Positions 28,968 through 38,766 of a DNA stretch of 64,000 nt are shown piece after piece. Origin of the DNA: a virus. Lineage: Duplodnaviria > Caudoviricetes. The position numbers and the translations under genes are program-made. Location of the stretch: positions 539-64,538 of the IMG/VR virus record IMGVR_UViG_3300037424_001387; one strand, given 5' to 3'. The notes below the pieces were generated by a model. The model saw only the letters and a list, made by a program, of their open reading frames with translations, made no database searches and was not told the origin of the DNA. How positions within the stretch are numbered: the first letter of the stretch is position 1; every line of letters begins with the position of its first letter.

Positions 28968-29491
28968 TTCGGCTCGGCAACTAAAACGTCATCCTGTAAC
29001 CACCATACCCACCTGTCACCCAACGATGACATAACCTCATCTACCGTAGGCCACCCGTCCGTCCCAAAAAGCCTGGCGTCATCAATCATCACGACGTTTT
29101 TGCTTTGGTGGGCCATTCTTACGGCTTCGAGTTCTGCCAACACAGGACAAACAATCTCAGGACGACCGTACCCCAAGTCTCTTGACCAGTGGGCATCAAG
29201 CCAAACTAGACCGGGCTTATCAAACTGGCCCAGGACACCGGCTAAAAGGTCCTGGCTTTTGCCAAGCATAAAGACCACGTTCCCTTTTAGCCCGTTGTTC
29301 CCGTAAATCTCCCTAACCCGTTTGTAAAAGTCCCGGCTAATCTCAATCGTGAACACCTGCTTAAAATTCAGGCTCGCCCAGGCTGCCGACTTGCCCAAGA
29401 GGGTCCCTGTCTCTACAAAGTACACAAGATCGTGTTTCTGCTTCAACTCAAGGGCTAATTTTTGAGGGATTCCACGGAAAACTATTCCCAT
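28964..29491 (-). CDS. SAM-dependent methyltransferase-like protein
   Basis: YFVETGTLLG, VFTIEIS, VWLDAHW, VMIDDARLF; GGAG RBS before MGIVF. Confidence 0.7.
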   Translation of the reverse strand: MGIVFRGIPQKLALELKQKHDLVYFVETGTLLGKSAAWASLNFKQVFTIEISRDFYKRVREIYGNNGLKGNVVFMLGKSQDLLAGVLGQFDKPGLVWLDAHWSRDLGYGRPEIVCPVLAELEAVRMAHQSKNVVMIDDARLFGTDGWPTVDEVMSSLGDRWVWWLQDDVLVAEPK

Positions 29492-30117
29492 CGTTTGCTC
29501 CCGAAAAGTACGTCTGTTTGCGTTCTCATTACGATATCCCACCGCCCCGGTAATGCTGAAATAATCTGCTTTAAGTTTGGCTGTCCTTTGTAAAGGACCC
29601 GATTCTCTACGCACTCTGTGTATAGATACCGGGTATTAGCAAGGGCCACTTGCCCGCCCTGTATCATTTCGAGTTCTGCCCCCTGGATATCTGACCAGAT
29701 AAAATCAATCTTATCCAGATTGTACTCTTTGTACAGGTCGTCAAGAGTTGTACACTGGATAGGTATAGACCGTTTCCACGTGTAGCCGGTTGCTAGTGCC
29801 TCATTCGTTGGGACCATAATAGAGGACCCGTCCGTATACTGCCGGCCCTGTTCAGTCAACCCGTCTGACAAATAAAGACTGGCCTGCACGGGCTTGGAAG
29901 CAATGGCCTTATTGATTATGGCAAACCCGTTGCGGAATTTCCCAACGCGGCGTAATTCGGACAGGTTTCGCGGGTCCGGTTCAATTGCCAAATAGGTATA
30001 CGGTTCTTGCAACAAAGAAAGCAGCCTAATCGTATCCGTTCCGATATGCGCCCCAAGCTCAATGACGACCGGGTTGTTTAGTTGTGGTAGAATCCGACGC
30101 AGGTGTTTGTAAATCAT
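29482..30117 (-). CDS. FkbM-family methyltransferase
   Basis: IELGAHIG, IEPDPRN, TTLDD, IDFIWSDIQGAE. Confidence 0.9.
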   Translation of the reverse strand: MIYKHLRRILPQLNNPVVIELGAHIGTDTIRLLSLLQEPYTYLAIEPDPRNLSELRRVGKFRNGFAIINKAIASKPVQASLYLSDGLTEQGRQYTDGSSIMVPTNEALATGYTWKRSIPIQCTTLDDLYKEYNLDKIDFIWSDIQGAELEMIQGGQVALANTRYLYTECVENRVLYKGQPNLKQIISALPGRWDIVMRTQTDVLFGSKRWE

Positions 30118-30412
30118 TTGTCAAAGCCGCAGCTATTACCCCCTTTACAATCTCGGCTATTGCTTCGTAACCGGTATTCTGTGGTTCTGACAAGGGCTTT
30201 TTAAGATAATCCATTCGTTCCTTTACGAACTCGGCTATTGCTTCCGCCCCGTGGCACCGCTTGCCAGTCTCGCTGTCAAAAAAATCGGCCTCCAAATTCC
30301 CCACCTTTGAACTTAACACATAAAGGTCAAGTTCTGGATTTAGTGCAAGAAGCTGGTCAAGGGATTCTAACAGGGCTTGCTGATCGACTCCGTTAATCAA
30401 AAAAACTTTCAT
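30059..30412 (-). CDS. Hypothetical protein
   Basis: ORF with GGGGAG RBS. Confidence 0.55.
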   Translation of the reverse strand: MKVFLINGVDQQALLESLDQLLALNPELDLYVLSSKVGNLEADFFDSETGKRCHGAEAIAEFVKERMDYLKKPLSEPQNTGYEAIAEIVKGVIAAALTNDLQTPASDSTTTKQPGRH

Positions 30413-30797
30413 CTCGCTCCCCTTTCGTCGCTACTTTACCTTCGGCAATTTTAGGCCAACCGCCTTTAGTTGATTTTGCAATATCCACCGCTTTTTCCAG
30501 GCAATCAATACAAACACCGGCAGGACTTCTTTCCATATCTGGTTTTTCGCCTATAATTACAATCAATTCGGCAGGTATACCGCATTCATCGCAAGTGATT
30601 TTTGTCCAAGATAAGCTACCTGTAATTGCTTCAACTTGAGCTCCTGTAGCATTGGGTGGTAATTTCAGGAGTTCATTGTAAGCCTTTTCTGTATCGAGCC
30701 ACTCAAGATGTAACCATCCATCAATGTACGAATAAAACCGGTTACGCCATCTTTTGGCTACGGTTTTAATTAAGTCGCGCTCTGTTACAACATTCAT
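30393..30797 (-). CDS. Hypothetical zinc-finger protein, paralog A
   Basis: WTKITCDECG...VCIDCL. Confidence 0.65.
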   Translation of the reverse strand: MNVVTERDLIKTVAKRWRNRFYSYIDGWLHLEWLDTEKAYNELLKLPPNATGAQVEAITGSLSWTKITCDECGIPAELIVIIGEKPDMERSPAGVCIDCLEKAVDIAKSTKGGWPKIAEGKVATKGERDESFFD

Positions 30798-31157
30798 TTA
30801 CCGCTCCCCATTCATCACTTCTATAGTTGATTCCGCAAGAACTACGGCCTTTTTTAGGCAATCAACACAAACCCAGGCCGTATGTTCTCCGGTGTTTCTG
30901 TTGTGTTCGCCTATAATTATAAGAACTTCAGAATCTTTACCGCATTCATTACAAGTATTTCTTGTCCAAGATGAATTACCAAGAATTGCCGTAACTTGTG
31001 ATTCTGTGGCATCGGGTGGTAATTTTACCAGTTCGTTGTGAACTCTCTCAGAATGATGTTTCATCGGTTCCGGCCCAATCCATCCGTCTGAATAACGCAG
31101 ATTGCGCCAACGTTCAGCTACAGTGTCAATTAATTCACGCTTAGTTGTGATGTACAT
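30798..31157 (-). CDS. Hypothetical zinc-finger protein, paralog B
   Basis: WTRNTCNECG...VCVDCL; clearly homologous to neighbour. Confidence 0.65.
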   Translation of the reverse strand: MYITTKRELIDTVAERWRNLRYSDGWIGPEPMKHHSERVHNELVKLPPDATESQVTAILGNSSWTRNTCNECGKDSEVLIIIGEHNRNTGEHTAWVCVDCLKKAVVLAESTIEVMNGER

Positions 31158-31159
31158 CC

Positions 31160-31615
31160 CTATCGCTCCCCTTTCATCATTGCTTTTATAAGATCGGATT
31201 CTTTAACCCATTCCCCTTTAACGTACCGTTCGGTAGGTACTCTAACAAACTTACCGTTAATTCGGCGCTTAACAATTCGGGCTGGATTGCCTGATACCAT
31301 CGTATTAGGCGGTACTTTCATAGATGCGACCACCGCCCCGATAGCGACCACCGCCCCCTCCCCAATCTCGCAATTGTACAAAATGGCCCAACTAGCTATC
31401 CAGGCGTTTTTATGGATAATGACAGGTTTTGGAACAACCCCCTTATCGTAATTATCCGGGTCGTGAGAAAGGGTTGCTACTCTAACACACCATCCAAAAT
31501 TACAAAACTCAATCTTGAGCGGCCCTCGACAATCAAGCCAGGTGAATCTATCCTCGAAATACTTTTGTGGCCGGCCCATCCCGGCGGGGTATTTGCCTAG
31601 GGTTTTACCGCACAT
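31160..31615 (-). CDS. Hexapeptide (LbH) sugar O-acetyltransferase-like protein
   Basis: THDP, PVIIHKNAWIASWAIL..EIGEGAVVAIGAVV..VPPNTMVSGNPARIV. Confidence 0.85.
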   Translation of the reverse strand: MCGKTLGKYPAGMGRPQKYFEDRFTWLDCRGPLKIEFCNFGWCVRVATLSHDPDNYDKGVVPKPVIIHKNAWIASWAILYNCEIGEGAVVAIGAVVASMKVPPNTMVSGNPARIVKRRINGKFVRVPTERYVKGEWVKESDLIKAMMKGER

Positions 31616-32297
31616 TTACCCACCCTTGCCGCCTGATAAAGGCTTCTTGTTTGGGGTGCAGGCTGGTAAGATCGAGAGTTGCCCGCCCTGCCCGGTAGAC
31701 CGGCTTGTACCTGATAAGCGGTTCTCTTGTGCCAAGCACAATCATTCCTTCTTCTGTCACCCGCTGACTGCCGTTTACCTCTGATTGCCAGGGATTTTCA
31801 CCGGCCCGCAAAACTTGCAACAATCTATCCCTGTCCCAAAAGCTGGCCTGATAGCTGAGTTGATAGGGGGTGCCTGGCGGCGTTGCTATAATCATCCGGT
31901 TCTCAACCGTTGCGTATTCCCTGGCCTGTCTTTTGCTACCCCTGGTGCCAGAAATGTCCAGACAAAGCGTCTCTTGATCCTTAAACCAATTGCTAACAGC
32001 TATTATCCCTTCAAGATCGACCTGAGAATTAAGCCAAAAATCTTCCAGCAACAAAAGAAAGTGGTTGGACTCCATCTTTTGGCAAAGCTCTATAAGACCG
32101 TCGCTCCATCGTTCAGCCGGGTAGTTAGCCGGCGCAATGGAGTAAAACGAGAAATTACCGGGTAACGGGAACGATGGGTGACCATATCCGGCAATTGTCA
32201 CCGGCTGCAAATCGTCCCAGTAGGTGTTAAACAAGTGAGCGAATCCACGCAATAACCACAAGTGCTTGTCATTGGTCAGGACATAGATAGGTAGCAT
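31605..32297 (-). CDS. Glycosyltransferase-like protein
   Basis: IYVLTND, WSDGL, FLLLLEDFWL (DxD-like), LSYQASFW, ENPWQSE. Confidence 0.6.
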   Translation of the reverse strand: MLPIYVLTNDKHLWLLRGFAHLFNTYWDDLQPVTIAGYGHPSFPLPGNFSFYSIAPANYPAERWSDGLIELCQKMESNHFLLLLEDFWLNSQVDLEGIIAVSNWFKDQETLCLDISGTRGSKRQAREYATVENRMIIATPPGTPYQLSYQASFWDRDRLLQVLRAGENPWQSEVNGSQRVTEEGMIVLGTREPLIRYKPVYRAGRATLDLTSLHPKQEAFIRRQGWVNVR

Positions 32298-32298
32298 T

Positions 32299-32613
32299 TT
32301 ATTTGTCCGCTAAGAAATATGTGTATTGCCCTTGATTTTTTTCAATCAAAAGTGTCTTTTGAAATGATTCGATAATAGACTCTTTCCCGCTTATGATTTC
32401 TAAAAGGATATGCGCAGAAGTTCGGTCTTCGACCGAGTAAAACAGGTAAACATCTTTAACAATCCCTAAACAGTTAATAATACTTTTGGGATATCTGGGG
32501 GATATACAATCTATGTTAACTTTTATTCCAATTGGCGGGATAGGCTCGTCTTCGTTATCAACCCAAAAAAATACATCATCGGGGTTGTCTTCATCAAAAA
32601 ACTTTATCTTCAT
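32299..32613 (-). CDS. Hypothetical AT-rich protein
   Basis: ORF with GGAG RBS. Confidence 0.55.
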   Translation of the reverse strand: MKIKFFDEDNPDDVFFWVDNEDEPIPPIGIKVNIDCISPRYPKSIINCLGIVKDVYLFYSVEDRTSAHILLEIISGKESIIESFQKTLLIEKNQGQYTYFLADK

Positions 32614-32625
32614 TGTCCGCTCCCC

Positions 32626-32865
32626 TTAAGCAATGATATAACGTTCTATTTTAACCGCCCTGAATTGCTCACCTGGGCTAGTATTACGCAGGGTTGATAA
32701 AACACTTAGTACTTCTTCGCTAGAACTGGTCAAAAACTCTTTGCCGTCTTTATCATTAAGAGATACCCATATTGGCTGACCACCAATAGAGTTTTCTGCC
32801 GGTACTTGCCATTCAATCGTAAAATACACTTTATCCGGTGTTTTTTTACCCATTCTAAACCTCAA
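32626..32865 (-). CDS. Hypothetical protein
   Basis: ORF in operon. Confidence 0.55.
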   Translation of the reverse strand: MRFRMGKKTPDKVYFTIEWQVPAENSIGGQPIWVSLNDKDGKEFLTSSSEEVLSVLSTLRNTSPGEQFRAVKIERYIIA

Positions 32866-33376
32866 ACCCGATCAAAAACCGCGCCTTGCCTACAACCCTA
32901 CATCCCGCCATCGCCGCATCAACAATAGGTGACAGGTTTGGCAAGTTTGGATGGTTGTAATCGTGATAGAGCATAATCCCGCCGGGCTTAACTTTGCCCC
33001 GCCAGGCAGAAATGTCGGCTTTGACTCCATCATCATCGTGAGCACCATCCACGAAAACCATATCAACATTAAACGGCCAAAACACACCGATCCGGCTACT
33101 ATCACCCAAGACACGGACCACCCGCCGGGGTTCAAGACCAGATTGTGATAGGTTTGTTGATTCCTCTGTGCAGGGTCGTTTGTCAATCGAGAAAACAAAA
33201 GCGTCCGGTCTGACTTCCAGCATTGCAATAGCAGACGTTCCGACGTTGGCCCCGATGTTGACGATTACCGGGTTAGCCGGTAATCCCAAAACACATTTAT
33301 GAATCAACTCAACTTCATCAGTCGATAACATTCCTACTTGTTGCGCCAGTTGTGTAGCGTTCATTGTTGATTCCAT
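32855..33376 (-). CDS. Class I SAM methyltransferase (Methyltransf_24-like)
   Basis: VNIGANVGTS, FSID, GDS, DMVFVDGAH, VKPGGIMLYHDY. Confidence 0.85.
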   Translation of the reverse strand: MESTMNATQLAQQVGMLSTDEVELIHKCVLGLPANPVIVNIGANVGTSAIAMLEVRPDAFVFSIDKRPCTEESTNLSQSGLEPRRVVRVLGDSSRIGVFWPFNVDMVFVDGAHDDDGVKADISAWRGKVKPGGIMLYHDYNHPNLPNLSPIVDAAMAGCRVVGKARFLIGFEV

Positions 33377-33687
33377 TCGATCCCGGCAAAACCGCCGCGT
33401 ACCTCAATAATTTTATCAACAACCATCGATACATTTACGGTGGTTGTCCAAGTGGTTATTTGATGAGCTATAAAACGTTCACCACAATAGATTTCTGGGC
33501 TACCGGGTTTTCTGACCTTGTTCTTTTCTTGGCATTTCGGGCACATAATAGGGCCTTTACCGTAAGGACTCCCGCACATACTATAAGATGTTTCCACATC
33601 ATCCATTTCCTGCTCAATACTCACAACGTTCTCTATGACAACTTCCTTACCATCTACGATTGCCTTTACCGTTCCAAGCTTACTCAT
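33361..33687 (-). CDS. Hypothetical protein with Cys motifs
   Basis: MCPKC; GGAG RBS. Confidence 0.55.
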   Translation of the reverse strand: MSKLGTVKAIVDGKEVVIENVVSIEQEMDDVETSYSMCGSPYGKGPIMCPKCQEKNKVRKPGSPEIYCGERFIAHQITTWTTTVNVSMVVDKIIEVRGGFAGIEWNQQ

Positions 33688-33706
33688 TTTGCTCCCCTTT
33701 ATTCTA

Positions 33707-33973
33707 TTACTTCTTTGATTCAGGAAATAATATTTCTCTGAGTTGATCCACTTGAGCCTGAAGCTCGTTTACCTTAAAGCCGGCCAGGGTAAATTGTCGG
33801 ATATCCCGAAAGACCTTTTCCATATCGCTATCTAGTCTAGTACCCCAGAATCCACGATCAAAATCAAATTCCTTACCTTCAACAACATCTTGTAAGCCCA
33901 CCAGTGTACAATATTCATCGTCTGTCATTGCGACAAGACGTTCACCGTCCTCAGTTCTGCCAACGGTTTTCAT
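33707..33973 (-). CDS. Hypothetical protein (start MKTVG)
   Basis: GGGGG RBS; ATGA overlap. Confidence 0.55.
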   Translation of the reverse strand: MKTVGRTEDGERLVAMTDDEYCTLVGLQDVVEGKEFDFDRGFWGTRLDSDMEKVFRDIRQFTLAGFKVNELQAQVDQLREILFPESKK

Positions 33974-34119
33974 ATCATCACCCCCATAAACCGGAGTAAT
34001 GTTACAGTGGCCCAAACCAAAAATAAAAATAACCCAATACCGGCAAAGATGGCAACTGATATAATCATAGTTGTCCAAGTAACTTCTGCCCGGTGGTACA
34101 AATCGTTTTTGTTTCTCAT
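33970..34119 (-). CDS. 49-aa single-TM protein
   Basis: Not in track. MRNKNDLYHRAEVTWTTMIISVAIFAGIGLFLFLVWATVTLLRFMGVMI; ATGA overlaps. Confidence 0.55.
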   Translation of the reverse strand: MRNKNDLYHRAEVTWTTMIISVAIFAGIGLFLFLVWATVTLLRFMGVMI

Positions 34120-34904
34120 TCTACCTGCTCCCCTTTATTCTGTTTTAATAATTTTGACCAGTCATACCCACCGTTGCGGATGTATGACCTGCTACCATTT
34201 CGGCCCATCGCCTTAATATGAGGGAGAGGGTCGAAGAACGCATCAAATGTCGATCCGAAGTCAATCTGGGTCACATCAGGATAAGCCATAAATACCTCGT
34301 CGATAAATACTTTTGACGCCAGGCCGGCAGACCACCCGATAAAATCAATCTTGTACTTGGGGATAAAAGTTTTAACCGTCTCAACCAATTGAGCCTTAAT
34401 TGAATGGGTGTTTTGGGGTGGTACCTGAATATAGGTGATAAAATCAAACAGGCCAACCCCGCGCCCGTTCAGCCCCCGCAATCGTTCGTTTCCAATGTAA
34501 AGGATTCGCCGCTTACGTATCTGCTCGATCAAGGGCCATAGCTTGCCCTCTAAATTGGCGTTTAACAATACATCGCCGTTGTACCAGTACAACCCGATTT
34601 TGTTGTCATCCAAAAACTTACTTATAGATGATAGGCCGTAGGGTACTAACCCGCCGTTAAAATTAACGTCACGTTCACGCTTGGCAACTTTGAGGATAGC
34701 GTGATAGTATGGATTCTGCCGCTTTAGCACGGCTCGTAAATCCTCGCTTAGTTCCCGTGTGAACGTACAGCCGTTAGAATTGTGCAGGCCATAAAATCCC
34801 AGGATGGTTAGCCATTCACCATCTCCGTAACGAACAAAACAAAACGGTTTGTTTTCTTTGAGTAAATCGACATAGTAAGATAGTGGGTGACTGATGATGT
34901 TCAT
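34116..34904 (-). CDS. GT-D-fold (DUF1792-like) glycosyltransferase-like protein
   Basis: FCFVRYGDGE, WSAGLASK, IDFGSTFD motifs. Confidence 0.65.
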   Translation of the reverse strand: MNIISHPLSYYVDLLKENKPFCFVRYGDGEWLTILGFYGLHNSNGCTFTRELSEDLRAVLKRQNPYYHAILKVAKRERDVNFNGGLVPYGLSSISKFLDDNKIGLYWYNGDVLLNANLEGKLWPLIEQIRKRRILYIGNERLRGLNGRGVGLFDFITYIQVPPQNTHSIKAQLVETVKTFIPKYKIDFIGWSAGLASKVFIDEVFMAYPDVTQIDFGSTFDAFFDPLPHIKAMGRNGSRSYIRNGGYDWSKLLKQNKGEQVE

Positions 34905-34970
34905 AGGATTCCTAACGGTTATTGTTCAATTATATCACAGTTTCAAAAATACAACACTGTAGTTGATTCG

Positions 34971-37100
34971 CTAAAAATTCCCCACGCTTGGGCCGTCTGT
35001 TTCTTCAAGCGAACACAGACAGTTGTAGCCTGTACATTCAAGCCCCCGGCTTGCAGGCCGCCAACCGCTAGCCGCCCATTCGCTCCCGGTATGGACTTGA
35101 CCGTTAAGCCTGGCGCAATCACCACAGTGTTCTTTCGTTGGACCCAGGCCCCACCGGTAATGTTTTTCGGGATTGCCAAACAGCTTACCGGCCTGCCATA
35201 GCCCATAGGCCGTTACTCCCCATAACCCCAACCGGCTAACCAGTCCGGCGGCGTTTTCGTTGTACAGGCCGCCATAGATATCAGCCACCAGGGTCGATCC
35301 CAAAGAGTTGGCAATCTCCTGGTCAAGTAACGTTAAAGCGCCCGCCGGCAGGGCTGACTCTAACACGGTCTGATCTTCCAGTACATCCATAGCGCCTTCC
35401 GTGTCCTCATCGTCCAACACTGACAGGGACGCATCGATTAAAAGCTGTTGCGCCTCGTTGGCTGCTTCATCAGGACTTGCCCCCCGCAATAGGGCCAAAA
35501 TCAGAATGGCGGTCGTGATTTCTTCCAGCCGGCTTTCAAATTCCTCTTGGTCTATTTCGCCTTCAAGAGCCAATAACGCCAGGTCGTTTAATTCTTCCTG
35601 ATAGTCTGATAGTTCCTGTTCAATCTGCCGACGGACGGACCGCTTAACCATTTTACCAAACGAGTAAAAGCGCGGTTTTAGCTGGCCTGGTAAGGCCAAA
35701 ACCTCAACCGTGTTTTGCGGGTATGAATAGTGGACAATCGGCTCACCGGGGAACTTAAACATTGCCCGCTGGACTTCTTCCACTCTCAGCAACCGGTCAA
35801 TATCCTCGGTGTCTGTTGACGTTACATCCTCTTGTGTTATTGTCCAGTCTGGATTGATGATGTTCTGTTCGGCTAACAGGATTCTGGACTCGTCCCTGTC
35901 AATAACCCCATTCCCGCCGTCATACATTGCCATTACCGGGTCAACCTTTGCCAGGGTTAATTTAGCCTCGGCTAACTCGCCGTCCTGGTCTCGTTCCTCA
36001 AACTCGAAATGAACCGTGTCGGGTAATTCTTCCTGAAGACGTTCTTGAAAACCAAGCGTAAAATCAAGACCACCCTTACCGCCGGCCTTGCGGTGCTGTG
36101 TCTCTGTTTCGGTTGCCGTTCCAAGCGACCCCGATGATACCGGCCAAAATTCACGCGGATCATATCCGAAAATGAGGGCATAACCATACATCAAAAGGTC
36201 AGTAAAAATCTGTTGGTTAAATTCGGCCGGCAGTTGGGAAAGTGAGATTAATTGCGCTTCCAGTTCCGTGCTTGCGTCCATAGAAGCGATGACGTTGACA
36301 GCCCCATAATATGTTTTTTCGTCCCCGTCAAGTTTTGCGCCCCGAACCGTCATTGCTTCTTCCCATTGCTCCTGTGTAATCCCTTTGAGCAACATCAGCC
36401 CACGAGGTGCCCGGTTGAGTAACATCTCATTGTCATACTGGTAGATGCCCACCATAATTTTAGCCAGTTCAATACACCGACTAACCGCACAGTAGCCAAG
36501 CCCGTTTAATATTTCATCGGTTGACGGCAAGGAAGTTACTCTAAAAAAGTCAGACCGCCCCCAATTTTGCCCACCGCCGACCGGTGAGTAATAATCGAGC
36601 GGAGACTTCTCACCACCGGTTAGCCGGCAACGAACAGGATCGACAAAGTATAGATTTGATAGTGGCCCATCTTTACCGTTTCGGCCTATCTCGCTTACGC
36701 TGCCCAGGTCACTGGTATAGTAGGCTTGCGCAGACCCCCCGAAAAACTGCCGCCATCCGGTAAGGTCCGGGGTAAAGAAAGCCTGGTGCAAAATCTTGGT
36801 AAACCGGTTAACCTGATTGCGCCCCCCTGTTATTGTCCAACCCCGGTTTTTATCAATCTGGACAACCGAATTTAACACCCCGGCCAGGTATGGTTCAAGT
36901 TTCCAAACTTTACGCAGCCAGGCATCACGGGTCCGGCTATCAGAACTATAGGCCGGCTCTTTCTGGATATCACTAACAAAATTCCAAATCGAGCTAAAAA
37001 AGCTAATTGGGTTAGGTTTAGCGCCAAAACGAGGTTGTTTACTCTTGCCGTTTTGGCGCATTATGGATGTATCCATATAGGACTTTGCTATTTCTATCAT
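34971..37100 (-). CDS. Portal protein fused to a MuF-like head morphogenesis domain
   Basis: Follows TerL; C-terminal WGLGPTKEHCGDCARLNG...CTGYNCLCSL. Confidence 0.8.
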   Translation of the reverse strand: MIEIAKSYMDTSIMRQNGKSKQPRFGAKPNPISFFSSIWNFVSDIQKEPAYSSDSRTRDAWLRKVWKLEPYLAGVLNSVVQIDKNRGWTITGGRNQVNRFTKILHQAFFTPDLTGWRQFFGGSAQAYYTSDLGSVSEIGRNGKDGPLSNLYFVDPVRCRLTGGEKSPLDYYSPVGGGQNWGRSDFFRVTSLPSTDEILNGLGYCAVSRCIELAKIMVGIYQYDNEMLLNRAPRGLMLLKGITQEQWEEAMTVRGAKLDGDEKTYYGAVNVIASMDASTELEAQLISLSQLPAEFNQQIFTDLLMYGYALIFGYDPREFWPVSSGSLGTATETETQHRKAGGKGGLDFTLGFQERLQEELPDTVHFEFEERDQDGELAEAKLTLAKVDPVMAMYDGGNGVIDRDESRILLAEQNIINPDWTITQEDVTSTDTEDIDRLLRVEEVQRAMFKFPGEPIVHYSYPQNTVEVLALPGQLKPRFYSFGKMVKRSVRRQIEQELSDYQEELNDLALLALEGEIDQEEFESRLEEITTAILILALLRGASPDEAANEAQQLLIDASLSVLDDEDTEGAMDVLEDQTVLESALPAGALTLLDQEIANSLGSTLVADIYGGLYNENAAGLVSRLGLWGVTAYGLWQAGKLFGNPEKHYRWGLGPTKEHCGDCARLNGQVHTGSEWAASGWRPASRGLECTGYNCLCSLEETDGPSVGNF

Positions 37101-37102
37101 TT

Positions 37103-38413
37103 TTACCTCACCCATCCACGCGGGCTATCGATGTGCATAACGATATATCTTAGGGCATCAAGGCCGTGGTCATAATCCTTGACCGGTGCCTCTTTTTGGT
37201 TGTTAGCCCAGACGTAATTGTCAAACTCTTGTTCCAGGGCAAATGGCTTTTTAGACATCTTTAACGCCTGGTCAATTTCGACAAGACTGTTACGAAAAAC
37301 AAACAAGCGAGGCCGCCCGTCAATTTGTTTTTTTAGCCTGTCCTGAACCTTCCCGATACCAACCAGAACATCTTTTTTGGCCGCCTGGTTAGGAATACCG
37401 TTCTTGGTTAGCGTCAATCTGTCACCGGCGTCGTGATCGCAAACAGTTGCGTCGATCCGTTCCCCCTGACCAAGCCCGTTAATTTTGGTCGAATGTTCGG
37501 TAACTGTCCGGTTAGTTTGGTAAATTTGCCGGTAAACGTAAAGCCGGCTGTCCTCGTCTGCCGCTGCCCAGAGGCAAACAAATGGGTGAACAGTCCCAAA
37601 GTCAATAGCCCTATATCGCCGCCAGGTTGCCGGAATCGGGAACGGATCAATTAAGTTTGTATCACGATCCCAATCGCCATAAACTTGCCCTTCCACATTG
37701 GCACATTTACCCAACCGCAATCGAGTATACCTGACCCCGGTCAGACCGTCCAAGATTGCCAGTGTGACTTTTCCCTGTTCGGTTATTTGCCCGGTTGCCG
37801 GGTCAAAAAGAGTCGGGTTATCTTCGTGCCTACTCTGTATCAGGTTTAACCCCCCGGTCCTCTCTCGCTCATACATCCAATGGCTACAAACGGTTGGGTT
37901 TGCATCCCCAAAAACCTGGGTATAAGGTGAGTTGCCGGCTCGACCTGTTGCGCGGGTGGTCAGGATTTCCCAATCTTCACTCGTTAATTCTTCGACCTGA
38001 TTCACGTAGATAAAATCACGTTCAGATGATAATGTCTTCCCTGGCTTATCCAGCCCACCGACCCAAATCCTTGATCCGTTCGGATACTGGTAAAACTGAG
38101 GCTTCTCCCCGCCGTATTTTATCACTGGCCCATCATCGCCCAGGCTATCACCTAAAACTTTCCTCTCGAAAGTTTGAAGACACGACCCCACGGCATCCCC
38201 GTAAACTTTACGTATCATTGCCGCTTGCAAGTTTGGATATTTCCAGGCCAGAGCGTTTAGTTTTTCCAACGTGACGCGCGTTTTACCTGTTTCGGCCGGC
38301 CCGATAAAGATAAACTCTCGATCCTTGCATCGCCAAACCTTTACAGCGTTGCCGTATGGCTGGTATCCAATCTTACTATCTTGCCTGGCCTCAACAATTT
38401 GGTAAGTGGTCAT
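37103..38413 (-). CDS. terL: Terminase large subunit (PBSX/Terminase_3-like)
   Basis: GPAETGKT Walker A, YVNQVEE, DANP, RAIDFG, DHGLDALRY nuclease motifs. Confidence 0.92.
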   Translation of the reverse strand: MTTYQIVEARQDSKIGYQPYGNAVKVWRCKDREFIFIGPAETGKTRVTLEKLNALAWKYPNLQAAMIRKVYGDAVGSCLQTFERKVLGDSLGDDGPVIKYGGEKPQFYQYPNGSRIWVGGLDKPGKTLSSERDFIYVNQVEELTSEDWEILTTRATGRAGNSPYTQVFGDANPTVCSHWMYERERTGGLNLIQSRHEDNPTLFDPATGQITEQGKVTLAILDGLTGVRYTRLRLGKCANVEGQVYGDWDRDTNLIDPFPIPATWRRYRAIDFGTVHPFVCLWAAADEDSRLYVYRQIYQTNRTVTEHSTKINGLGQGERIDATVCDHDAGDRLTLTKNGIPNQAAKKDVLVGIGKVQDRLKKQIDGRPRLFVFRNSLVEIDQALKMSKKPFALEQEFDNYVWANNQKEAPVKDYDHGLDALRYIVMHIDSPRGWVR

Positions 38414-38766
38414 AGGTCGTCAATCGATACGCCCCGGATTACCTTAACAGTAATCGGTTTATCTTCAACCCCGGTAACTTCCTGCCGTTCGACATAACCC
38501 CTTGTTTTGCCCTTTGTGCTGAGGATGTACTTAATGGCCGGGAAGTCACCGCTCTTTATGGCCTCAATTAGTTTGACCTCTGCAAGATCAAGAATCCCCT
38601 CGCACTCTGCATCATAGGCCATTTTAACCGAGGGGTGACTCTCTATGTAGTTTTTAGCAGTGTGCCAAGTGCAACCGGCTTTCCGGGCAATAGCGGTAAT
38701 AATTCCACCCGTGCCCGGTATGGCATCTATGAACTGTTGCGCTGTGAATTGCGGTTTGTTACCCAT
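38410..38766 (-). CDS. terS: Terminase small subunit
   Basis: N-terminal HTH (GIITAIARKAGCTWHT), LSTKGKTRGYVERQE; directly upstream of terL. Confidence 0.75.
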   Translation of the reverse strand: MGNKPQFTAQQFIDAIPGTGGIITAIARKAGCTWHTAKNYIESHPSVKMAYDAECEGILDLAEVKLIEAIKSGDFPAIKYILSTKGKTRGYVERQEVTGVEDKPITVKVIRGVSIDDL

